Origin: Mesorhizobium sp.
GTDB taxonomy: Bacteria > Pseudomonadota > Alphaproteobacteria > Rhizobiales > Rhizobiaceae
Reading direction: 5' to 3'
Length of the DNA stretch: 64,000 bases
NCBI GenBank assembly: GCA_049650385.1
Contig: JBASAA010000006.1
Location: 20,979 to 84,978, forward strand
In this document: one piece after another, positions 8,816 through 16,699 of the stretch
Layout: every line of letters begins with the position of its first letter
Numbering within the stretch: position 1 is the first letter of the stretch
Program-made: the position numbers and the translations under genes
The notes under the pieces: model-generated
What the model was told of the DNA's origin: nothing
Seen by the model: the letters and a program-made list of their open reading frames with translations, nothing else
Database searches by the model: none

Positions 8816-9832
8816 ATGAAGCACAAGTCTGACGAGCCGTTTACCGCGCTTGTTCTGGAGGCGGAGGGTCGCACTCAAACGGCGCGATTCCGCAGCTTGA
8901 CCGCAGCCGACCTGCCGGACCACGATACGCTGGTCCAGGTCTCCTTTTCCACGATGAACTACAAGGACGGCCTGGCCGTCTCGGGCAAGGGTCGCATAGC
9001 GCGGCGTCTGCCTATGGTCGCCGGCATCGACCTGATGGGAACGATCGTCGAGACCCGCTCCGCCGACTGGAAGCCGGGCGACAAGGTGATCGTCAATGGG
9101 TGGGGGATGTCGGAAACCGAGTGGGGCGGCTATTCCCGCTATCAGCGCGTGAAATCCGACTGGCTCGTCCGGCTTCCCGATACCCTGACCGAAGTCGAAG
9201 CCATGGCGATCGGCACCGCCGGATACACGGCCGCCTTATGCGTCGACGCCCTGGAAGACTGGGGCGTCGTCAAGCCGGGGACCGGTGAGGTTCTGGTGAC
9301 GGGTGCTGCCGGAGGCGTCGGCTCGGTGACGATCAGCCTGTTGTCCAAGGCAGGTTACCAGGTGACGGCGGCCACGCGTCGTCCCGAGACACACGGCTAC
9401 CTGGCCGAACTCGGCGCGACATCGTTCGTGGACCAGCCGTCGCTCGCGGAAAAGGGCGGCCCGCTGCAAAAGGAACGGTGGAGCGGCGCGGTGGATTCCA
9501 TCGGTTCCGTCACGCTGGCCAACGTCCTGTCCCAGACCGTCTACGGCGGCGCGGTGGCGGCATGCGGCCTGGCTGGCGGCGCGGATCTGCCGGGGACTGT
9601 GCTGCCGCATATCCTGCGTGGCGTAACTCTTATCGGGATCGACTCGGTATTTGCGCCGTTGGCGAAGCGCGAGCGGGCGTGGGCGAGGCTGGCGGCCGAC
9701 CTCGACCGTAGCAAGCTTGCCCGCATCATGCGCGTGGAGCCATTCGCGAAAGTCCCCGAGCTTGCGAACGAAATCCTCGACGGCAAGATCCGCGGCCGCG
9801 TCGTGATAGACATGTCCGGCGAGGGCCTGTAG
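8816..9832 (+). CDS. YhdH/YhfP-family NADPH:quinone/enoyl (acrylyl-CoA-type) reductase, MDR superfamily
   Basis: Contains ...VSFSTMNYKDGLAVSGKGRIARRLPMVAGIDLMGTIVE... and the NADPH loop TGAAGGVGS, which I recognise as the YhdH/AcuI subfamily. The start is at MKHKSD (8816). Confidence 0.88.
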   Translation: MKHKSDEPFTALVLEAEGRTQTARFRSLTAADLPDHDTLVQVSFSTMNYKDGLAVSGKGRIARRLPMVAGIDLMGTIVETRSADWKPGDKVIVNGWGMSETEWGGYSRYQRVKSDWLVRLPDTLTEVEAMAIGTAGYTAALCVDALEDWGVVKPGTGEVLVTGAAGGVGSVTISLLSKAGYQVTAATRRPETHGYLAELGATSFVDQPSLAEKGGPLQKERWSGAVDSIGSVTLANVLSQTVYGGAVAACGLAGGADLPGTVLPHILRGVTLIGIDSVFAPLAKRERAWARLAADLDRSKLARIMRVEPFAKVPELANEILDGKIRGRVVIDMSGEGL

Positions 9833-9872
9833 CAGCCGGATAGCGAAGCCTGAAACGCAAGTGAGGTGCTCA

Positions 9873-10820
9873 GTGCAAGAGAACATGGACCCCCTCTTCG
9901 ACGTGAAGGCCTTCCGTTCCGCGCTGGGAACTTTTCTGACCGGCATCACGGTGGTCACCACCGTCGATGCTGAGGGCATCCCCAGGGGCTTTACGGCGAA
10001 TTCCTTCACTTCGGTATCGCTCGAACCGCCGCTCGTCCTGGTCTGCATAGGAAAGGGCGCGAGTACCTACGAGGCCTTCCAGTCGGCCGGCCATTTCTGC
10101 ATCAACATTCTATCCGAAGAGCAGAAGAATATCAGCAGCCGCTTCTCGTCCCGGACCGCCGAACGGTTCAGCGCCGTCAACTGGCTGCCCGGAGCGTGCG
10201 GCAGTCCTGTTCTGCAGGACGTCTCCGCCTGGTTCGAATGCAAGATGCACCAGCAGGTCGACGCCGGCGATCACCTCGTACTGATAGGTCGCGTCGTGGA
10301 CTTCGCCCAAAGCAGTGTCAATCCGCTCGGTTATTGCCGGGGTGCCTATGTGACGCCCAGTCTGATGCAATCGCTGCTTGATTCCGCCTTTACAAGCCAA
10401 CTGCGCGTCGGGGTCATTCTCGAAAGCAACGGCGCTCTTCTGCTCCACAAGAACGAGGCCGGCGGTCTCGGCCTGTTGACGGCGAGTTCGTTGGGCTCGC
10501 GCGACGATCCTAGCTCGCTGCTTGGCCGGGCAGAGCGACTCGGTTTGAAGTTCAGCCTGAGCTTCCTTTTCTCGGTTTTCGAGGACGAGGTCGGCGGGAA
10601 GAACCGGGTTTCGGTCTACTATCGCGGAATACTTGAGGAAACCGCCGGGCTGGATGGCTCGCTCGTGCTCGCGACCGAGGATCGGATTCCCTGGGAGCGG
10701 ATCGTCGACGACAACGAGGTGCGGATGCTGCGCCGTTTCATCCGCGAGGCGCAGGACAAGGTCTTTTCGGTTTATTCCGGCGGAAATCAGCTGACAACGC
10801 CGCTGGCCGTATCCGGGTGA
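9873..10820 (+). CDS. Flavin reductase-like FMN-binding domain fused to a C-terminal ~150-aa Nudix-fold-like domain with degenerate Nudix box
   Basis: The N-terminal half has ...FRSALGTFLTGITVVTTVDAEGIPRGFTANSFTSVSLEPPLVLVCI... (HpaC/NtaB-type flavin reductase). The C-terminal half has ...RVGVILESNGALLLHKNEAGGLGLLTASSLGSRDDPSSLLGRAERLGLKF... The start is ambiguous: GTG 9861, GTG 9873 (GAGG 6 nt upstream) or ATG 9885. Confidence 0.75.
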   Translation: MQENMDPLFDVKAFRSALGTFLTGITVVTTVDAEGIPRGFTANSFTSVSLEPPLVLVCIGKGASTYEAFQSAGHFCINILSEEQKNISSRFSSRTAERFSAVNWLPGACGSPVLQDVSAWFECKMHQQVDAGDHLVLIGRVVDFAQSSVNPLGYCRGAYVTPSLMQSLLDSAFTSQLRVGVILESNGALLLHKNEAGGLGLLTASSLGSRDDPSSLLGRAERLGLKFSLSFLFSVFEDEVGGKNRVSVYYRGILEETAGLDGSLVLATEDRIPWERIVDDNEVRMLRRFIREAQDKVFSVYSGGNQLTTPLAVSG

Positions 10821-10842
10821 CGCTGGGTCGCAAGCATAGCAG

Positions 10843-12483
10843 GTGTTCGACAACCTGGTCGAACAGGACACGGCTACGGTTCGGGAGGACCTACGGTTGG
10901 TAACTGCGGTTACGCTGAAGCAATGGCTGCACGACGGCGGGGAAATCGCCCTGCTGGATGTGCGTGAGGAAGGCGAGTTCGGTGAGGGACATCTTTTTTA
11001 CGGTGTTCCTCTTCCATTCAGCCGGCTTGAGTCCGGTCTCGAACGATTGGTGCCCCGGTCCTCGTGCCGGATCGTGATGTATGACGACGGCGCCAGCGGT
11101 GTGGCCGCCAAAGCGCAAGCGCTCGCGCGGCGCTATGGCTACGGCGATGTCCATGTCCTGGATGGCGGGACAAGGGCGTGGAAAGAGGCGGGCTTTTCCT
11201 TGTTTGCGGGCGTGAATGTTCCCTCCAAGACTTTCGGGGAACTGGTCGAGCACGCCGAAGCGGTTCCGCTTATCACTGCTGGGGAATTGCACGAGAAGCT
11301 TGCGGCAAAGGAAGATGTGGTGGTGATCGATGGCCGCCCGATCGACGAGTACCGCAAGATGAACATTCCCGGCAGCCTGTGCTGTCCGAATGGCGAACTC
11401 GTCTATCGGATCAGCGAAATCATACGTAGTCCCGAAACCACGGTCGTAATCAACTGCGCTGGGCGCACGCGCAGCATCATGGGAGCGGCGACCTTGCGCC
11501 GTTTCGGCTGCGCCAACCGCGTGGTGGCGCTCGAAAATGGAACGATGGGCTGGCGGCTTGCCGGCTTCGAACTGGAACATGGCAGCGATCGCCTCTACCC
11601 GTCGCCTCCGCATGGCGCGCGCCTGGAGGAAATCCGCCGCGAGGCCGCCGGTCTTGCCGAGTCTTTCCATGTATCAAGAGCCGAGGCGGAAACGGTTGCC
11701 CGATGGCTGGGTGAGGAAAATCGTACGACTTACTTGCTCGACATACGGACGCCCGAGGAATTTGGCGAAGGTTCCGCTCCCGGTGCAGTGTCCGCGCCGG
11801 GAGGGCAGCTTCTACAGGCGACCGACCAATGGCTGGGGGTCCGCAACGCGCGTGTCGTGCTGCTTGATGACGATGAGGTGCGGGCGCCCGTCATCGCGAG
11901 CTGGCTGTCGCAGCTCGGCTGGGAGACTTACGTGCTCGAGGGTGGTTTGGCGGCGGCGGCTTCGCTGTCTTCCGATCCCGGCCTGAACTCCATAGCCGCC
12001 ATGCTGGCTGGGCAGCCTCCCATCGGGCCGCAAGACCTGGTTGCGCTGGGCGACGACATCGTTCTCGTGGATGCGCGCCATTCGAGCGAGTATCGCCGCT
12101 GTCACCTGCAAGGCGCGGTTTGGGCGACACGGGCCCGCCTGGAGAAGGTGCTCGGCCGTATCGGTAATCGCCCGGCCCTGGTAATTGCCGACAACGAGAC
12201 GGTCGGCCAGGCGTTTGCGGCGGATATCGCGGAAGCCGGAGGCAAGGTTGTCGGCCTGCATGTCGGCAACCCCGACCTATGGCGCCGGTTCGGTCTGCCG
12301 CTTGCCAGCACTCCCGACATGCCGTCGGATGCCGAATGTATCGACTACCTGTTTTTCGTGCATGACCGCCATGCGGGAAATCTGGACGCCGCGCGCCAAT
12401 ACATCGCCTGGGAAAAGGGCCTCGTCGACAAGCTCGATAAGCAGGAACTTGCCGGATACCGCATGAAGTTGCCTCGCGCCTGA
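10843..12483 (+). CDS. Multi-rhodanese-domain sulfurtransferase (four rhodanese modules, one catalytic Cys loop) with ~70-aa C-terminal extension
   Basis: Four repeats of the LLDVR/VIDGR/LLDIR/LVDAR ... E(F/Y) pattern are present. Only module 2 has a Cys loop (VINCAGRTRS). Modules 1, 3 and 4 have Asp at that position (MYDDGASG, LLDDDEVR, VIADNETV). An alternative TTG start at 10897 has GGGAGG 8 nt upstream. Confidence 0.85.
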   Translation: MFDNLVEQDTATVREDLRLVTAVTLKQWLHDGGEIALLDVREEGEFGEGHLFYGVPLPFSRLESGLERLVPRSSCRIVMYDDGASGVAAKAQALARRYGYGDVHVLDGGTRAWKEAGFSLFAGVNVPSKTFGELVEHAEAVPLITAGELHEKLAAKEDVVVIDGRPIDEYRKMNIPGSLCCPNGELVYRISEIIRSPETTVVINCAGRTRSIMGAATLRRFGCANRVVALENGTMGWRLAGFELEHGSDRLYPSPPHGARLEEIRREAAGLAESFHVSRAEAETVARWLGEENRTTYLLDIRTPEEFGEGSAPGAVSAPGGQLLQATDQWLGVRNARVVLLDDDEVRAPVIASWLSQLGWETYVLEGGLAAAASLSSDPGLNSIAAMLAGQPPIGPQDLVALGDDIVLVDARHSSEYRRCHLQGAVWATRARLEKVLGRIGNRPALVIADNETVGQAFAADIAEAGGKVVGLHVGNPDLWRRFGLPLASTPDMPSDAECIDYLFFVHDRHAGNLDAARQYIAWEKGLVDKLDKQELAGYRMKLPRA

Positions 12484-12631
12484 GTTGGCAAGGCAGGGAG
12501 CGTGACCGGTCAAATCGTCCGCTCCCGGGCGGTGGACGTGCCGCACGTTCTGAAACGGATCAGTGATGCCGGAGCGTCGGGTTCTGCCGGAAAGTCCGTG
12601 GCCGTACGCCAATGCCGGTGCGGCCGCATAG

Positions 12632-12694
12632 ATAATGAAATGTCATTACCATTCCTTGACATTCTACGACTCACAATTATTGTGCTTGTAGAAT
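12632..12694. promoter_or_regulatory. Composite operator-like region upstream of the PaaK-like ligase operon
   Basis: Four elements are present. ATAATGAAATGTCATT lies at 12632-12647. The inverted half-sites AATGTCA (12639-12645) and TGACATT (12657-12663) flank an 11-bp spacer. There is a nested dyad ATTCTAC (12661-12667) ... GTAGAAT (12688-12694). That dyad encloses the perfect palindrome CACAAT-T-ATTGTG (12672-12684). Confidence 0.4.
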
Positions 12695-12744
12695 TTTAAT
12701 AGGGCGATCGATCAGGGATCGCTGATGGGGAGCAGGCGCCTGAC

Positions 12745-14148
12745 ATGAGCATTTCGGAACTACCCTTCTACGCAAACGCCCTTGACATTCCTGCGCTATG
12801 GGAGGAGTTCCCGCCGCCGCCGCTCTATTTCAACGGCGTCGCGCGGATGGACCGCAGCAGCCTGGCCGCCTTGCAGGCGCGCAGGTTCATGCAGCAGGTG
12901 GAACGCGCATGGCAGGTGCCCTTCTATCAGCGACATTGGGGCAGGGCGGGTCTGAAACCCGGCGATATCCGCGGCATCGAGGATATCTCGATCATTCCTC
13001 CGTTCTCGGTCGCGGATTTGCGCGAGAGCATCGAACTGATGCCGCCCTTCGGGGACTACATGGGCTATGATCCGAAGTCGGATCCGCCGATGCCGCTGGT
13101 CATGCAGACGAGCGGCGGCACCACGGGCATTCCGCGCCCCATGCTTTACTCGCCGCGCGATCGCGAAGTCGTCAACATCATGGGCGCGCGAAGGCTCTAT
13201 GCGCACGGCGTACGGCCGCACGACCTGGTGCAGGTCACCCATTCGCTCGGCCTTTCGAACGCCGGTCTGTCCACCCGTGAATCGCTTTGGAAATATACCG
13301 GCGCCGTGCCCGTGATGACGGGTGCCGGCTCGGCGACGCCCACGCGCCGGCAGATCGAGTTGATGAAGGCCTGGAAGGTTAAGGTTCTGATCGGTTTTCC
13401 GGCCTATCTGCGCCACATGGCGCTCGTCGCTCGTGACGAAATGGGCATCGATCCGCGCACGATGGACGTGCGCTTCCTCAGCACGCATCTCGGCACCGAG
13501 GATCGCGGCGTTCTCGAGGACCTCTGGGGCGCGAAGGTCTACGACACCTATGGCGCCAACGAAGCCGGCATGATCGCGGCGGACTGCGAAGAGCAGAACG
13601 GAATGCACATCTACGAAGATGCGCACTTCGTGGAAGTGGTCGACCTGGAGAGCGGCAAGGCCGTTCCGGAAGGTGAGAACGGCACGGTGTTCGTGACCTG
13701 CCTGTTCAAGCATCTGGCGCCCATGATCCGCTTCAACATCAATGACATTTCAGCAGTCGTCCCCGGCGACTGCCCTTGCGGTTGTACTCACCGGCGGCTG
13801 GCCGGCATCTTCGGGCGCAGCGACAACATGGTGAAGTTGCGGGGGGTCAACGTGTATCCGGATGCCATCGGCTCCGTCATCGGCGATGTTATCGAGACTA
13901 CGGGCGAATATGTCTGCGTCGTGGATATGGTAGACGGGCGCGACGAGATGACCGTTCTGGTGGAATCGGTTCAGGAAGAAGAACCGGACGACCAGCCCGG
14001 ACAGGCTGCGCTCGAACTCCGCTTCAAGGAGGCGCTCAACGTAAAGGTGACGGCAAAGGTCGTGGCGCGCGGTGCGCTCGATCAGATGACGGGACTGTCG
14101 AAGACCTCCAAGATCAAGCGTCTGATAGATAATCGTAAAAAGGGCTGA
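12745..14148 (+). CDS. Phenylacetate-CoA-ligase-like (PaaK / coenzyme F390 synthetase family) adenylate-forming enzyme
   Basis: P-loop-like MQTSGGTTGIPRP, ...YDTYGANEAG..., and a C-terminal ...LSKTSKIKRLID with the catalytic-Lys region. The protein is 467 aa, and GGGGAG lies about 12 nt upstream of the ATG. Confidence 0.85.
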   Translation: MSISELPFYANALDIPALWEEFPPPPLYFNGVARMDRSSLAALQARRFMQQVERAWQVPFYQRHWGRAGLKPGDIRGIEDISIIPPFSVADLRESIELMPPFGDYMGYDPKSDPPMPLVMQTSGGTTGIPRPMLYSPRDREVVNIMGARRLYAHGVRPHDLVQVTHSLGLSNAGLSTRESLWKYTGAVPVMTGAGSATPTRRQIELMKAWKVKVLIGFPAYLRHMALVARDEMGIDPRTMDVRFLSTHLGTEDRGVLEDLWGAKVYDTYGANEAGMIAADCEEQNGMHIYEDAHFVEVVDLESGKAVPEGENGTVFVTCLFKHLAPMIRFNINDISAVVPGDCPCGCTHRRLAGIFGRSDNMVKLRGVNVYPDAIGSVIGDVIETTGEYVCVVDMVDGRDEMTVLVESVQEEEPDDQPGQAALELRFKEALNVKVTAKVVARGALDQMTGLSKTSKIKRLIDNRKKG

Positions 14149-14153
14149 GCGAC

Positions 14154-14948
14154 ATGGATCTGGGACTGAACGGAAAAGTTGCGATCGTCGGTGGCGCCAG
14201 CGGCGGGATCGGCTACGCCATATCCGAGCGCCTGGCGCGCGAGGGCTGCAAGCTGGTCATGTGGGCGCGGCGGGACCCGGCCCTGTCCGATGCGGTTGCG
14301 CGGGTGCGAGAGGCGGCCGGTGACGTCGAGATCGTCCCGGTGCTTGCCGATGTCCGCAAGGCCGAGGATCACGAACGGGTGGTCAATACTGCGCTGGAAC
14401 GTTTCGGCCGGATGGACGTCCTGGTCCATAACGATGGCGCGCCACCGCTCGGCCCCTTGATGAGCTTCGACGACGAGGCCTGGAACAAGGCCGTCAACCA
14501 GATGCTGATGAGCATCGTGCGCCTGTCCCGCCTCTGCGTACCGTCCATGCGCGACAACGGCGAAGGCCGCATCATCAGCATCGCGGCGCTGGCCGCGCGA
14601 GCGCCGCTGGTGAATTTCGGGCTCTCCGCCTCTACCCTCGCCGCGCTTATCGGCTATTGCAAGACGTTGTCGCGGGAACTCGCGGCGGACCGGATAACGG
14701 TCAATACCATCTGCCCCGGACGCCTGGACACCGACCTTACCCGGCGCGCGCTGAAGGCGCAGGCCGACATGCAGAAGCGGCCGCTGGAGGATATCGTCGC
14801 GGAGGCGCAGAACCGTATTCCGCTGAAGCGCTTCGGCAAGCCCGAGGAGGTAGCGGCGATGGTCGCCTTCCTGGCCTCGCATCATGCCGCCTTCATGACG
14901 GGAACGGCGATCCAGATCGACGGCGGCACCACCGAAGCCTTGTTCTAG
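14154..14948 (+). CDS. SDR-fold (short-chain dehydrogenase/reductase) protein lacking the canonical Ser-Tyr-Lys triad
   Basis: Rossmann motif VGGASGGIGYA and the C-terminal ...TGTAIQIDGG are present. The segment aligned to the FabG ...GS...YAAAKAG... region reads ...IAA...LSASTLAA..., so no YxxxK is present. Confidence 0.8.
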   Translation: MDLGLNGKVAIVGGASGGIGYAISERLAREGCKLVMWARRDPALSDAVARVREAAGDVEIVPVLADVRKAEDHERVVNTALERFGRMDVLVHNDGAPPLGPLMSFDDEAWNKAVNQMLMSIVRLSRLCVPSMRDNGEGRIISIAALAARAPLVNFGLSASTLAALIGYCKTLSRELAADRITVNTICPGRLDTDLTRRALKAQADMQKRPLEDIVAEAQNRIPLKRFGKPEEVAAMVAFLASHHAAFMTGTAIQIDGGTTEALF

Positions 14949-14975
14949 CCCGAACATGAGAAGCAGCACCGAGCC

Positions 14976-15833
14976 ATGACCCTATACGATCTGCATTCCC
15001 ACTGGTCGACGAAACGCGGTTACGCCCTGCGTTCGGAGGCCGAACTCGCCCAGCAGCGCAAAGTCTGGAACTCCGACCCGCGTTATGAAACCGAGCAGGA
15101 AATGGCGGACCATTTCCGCAAGAACGACGTCCGCGTGATCCTCGACTTCGGATTCGACAAATGGCTTCCTCTCGATGCCGCTGCTGAATTGCACGATTAC
15201 GGGATCGAAACCCAGAAGCAACATTCGGACGTGATCATCGGGAACTGGGTGCAGATCGATCCGCGTACGGGAGCTGACGGCGTGCGGGAGTTGCGGCGCT
15301 GCAAGGACATGGCGACCGGCTTTCTCGGGCTGGGCGTGTCGGGAAGCGGCGCCGGCCCGGCCAGCGATCCGGTCTGGGACCCCTATTACAGGTTCTGTGT
15401 CGAGGCCAGGATTCCGGTTCTGATCATGGTTGGAATGACGGGGCTGGGCGCCGGTCTTCCGGGCGGCAATGGCATACTGGTGGAGAACTGCCACCCGCGC
15501 TACCTCGATCAGGTCGCTGCGCGCTACCCGGACCTGCACATCGTTGCGGCGCGCCCCGGTTGGCCATGGCAGGCCGAGACCATCGCGGTGCTGCTGCACA
15601 AGACCAACATCTGGTACGAGTTGCACGGTTGGTCGCCCAAGCACTTCACGCCGGACCTGAAATACGACATCAATCGCCGGCTGAAGAGCCGTGTGATGTT
15701 CGGAGCCGACTATCCTCTGTTTCAGTATGAGCGCCTGCTCAATGACTGGAAGGCCGAGGGTTACAGCGACGATATCCTGGAGCGGGTGTTCACTAGGAAC
15801 CCAGAGGCGTTCCTCAAAAGCCTGGAGGCGTAA
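14976..15833 (+). CDS. Amidohydrolase-2 family (ACMSD/LigI-like metal-dependent hydrolase, decarboxylase or lactonase)
   Basis: N-terminal YDLHSHW (HxH), ...ENCHPRY... and ...MFGADYP... are spaced as in the TIM-barrel amidohydrolase_2 family. The protein is 285 aa. Confidence 0.8.
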   Translation: MTLYDLHSHWSTKRGYALRSEAELAQQRKVWNSDPRYETEQEMADHFRKNDVRVILDFGFDKWLPLDAAAELHDYGIETQKQHSDVIIGNWVQIDPRTGADGVRELRRCKDMATGFLGLGVSGSGAGPASDPVWDPYYRFCVEARIPVLIMVGMTGLGAGLPGGNGILVENCHPRYLDQVAARYPDLHIVAARPGWPWQAETIAVLLHKTNIWYELHGWSPKHFTPDLKYDINRRLKSRVMFGADYPLFQYERLLNDWKAEGYSDDILERVFTRNPEAFLKSLEA

Positions 15834-15903
15834 GGAAGGGTTGTCGTAGACAATAGGCGGTCTGCACGATCTCTTTCGCCCTTCTGGATCACAGCATGGC
15901 GTG

Positions 15904-15928
15904 CCGGCCCCTTGGGATAAGGGGTCGG
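15904..15928. terminator. GC-rich hairpin between convergent amidohydrolase-2 and GST genes
   Basis: CCGGCCCCTT (15904-15913), loop GGGAT, then AAGGGGTCGG (15919-15928). The stem is 10 bp with one G-U pair, and no clear U-tract follows on either strand. Confidence 0.35.
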
Positions 15929-15959
15929 CCCTCTTGCCGATCGTGCCATGCGGCTGCCT

Positions 15960-16580
15960 TTACGGCATTGCACCGAAAACAGAGGCCCTGCCGGTGGCTG
16001 CATAGGCTGGAACGGCCGCCTCGAACTCGCGCAGGAAATCGCACAGGCGCGGATGCTCTTCGCGCCAGCGGCCTTCGAACCGCAAGTCCATGTAGCCGAG
16101 CACGCAGGCGACCGCGATCGCGTCGATGCGGGGTCCGCTCCCCCCGATCGACGGAGGGTTGCCTTCCAGTTCGGCCAGGCCTCGTGCGGCCTTGCCGGCC
16201 TGGAAGGCTAGCCACTTCTCGCTTTGGCCTTCTTGCGGATGGAAGCGCTTTTCCTGCACCTGAAGCGATGCGGCCTCCAGAATACCATCCGCCAGCGCCT
16301 GCGCGGTCAACAGCAAGTACCTGTCTGCGCCGTGGCCGATGAGCTTGCCGCCGCTGAGGTCATCGAGCACTTCCACGATGACGACGGAATCGTAGACGGC
16401 CCGGCCGTCGGGTGTTTTGAGCACGGGAACCTTCGAGAGGGGATTCGCCAGAAGTGCCCTGTCTTCCTTGCTGGCTAGGTCGATGCCGCCCAGGCTGATC
16501 CTGTCCTGCAAGCCGGCGACCAATGTGGCAAGCCATACCTTTTGACAAAACGGCGAGCCCGCAACCCCGTAGATTATCAT
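15960..16580 (-). CDS. Glutathione S-transferase family protein
   Basis: Internal start MIIYGVAGSPFCQKV... at 16580, with GGGAG 8 nt upstream. The thioredoxin-like N-domain has ...LSKVPVLKTPDGRAVYDSVVI..., followed by a helical C-domain. The track ORF 15960..17456 is an artificial extension running antisense into the next gene. Confidence 0.85.
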   Translation of the reverse strand: MIIYGVAGSPFCQKVWLATLVAGLQDRISLGGIDLASKEDRALLANPLSKVPVLKTPDGRAVYDSVVIVEVLDDLSGGKLIGHGADRYLLLTAQALADGILEAASLQVQEKRFHPQEGQSEKWLAFQAGKAARGLAELEGNPPSIGGSGPRIDAIAVACVLGYMDLRFEGRWREEHPRLCDFLREFEAAVPAYAATGRASVFGAMP

Positions 16581-16699
16581 CCGTCCACTCCCTGAATCCG
16601 TTGAAGATCCTGTCGATCTGAATTGTAAATTTTCGATACCCGCCGGCGGAACACCTGGGCGATGGCGCTGGCATTTGAGACTGCACCGTGTCCCGCCGA

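Noticed and set aside
12502-12699. 65-aa ORF in the gap upstream of the ligase operon (possible leader peptide)
   Set aside because: It has a GTG start with no SD and runs through the AT-rich operator/promoter region. The composition switches abruptly, so it is most likely non-coding.
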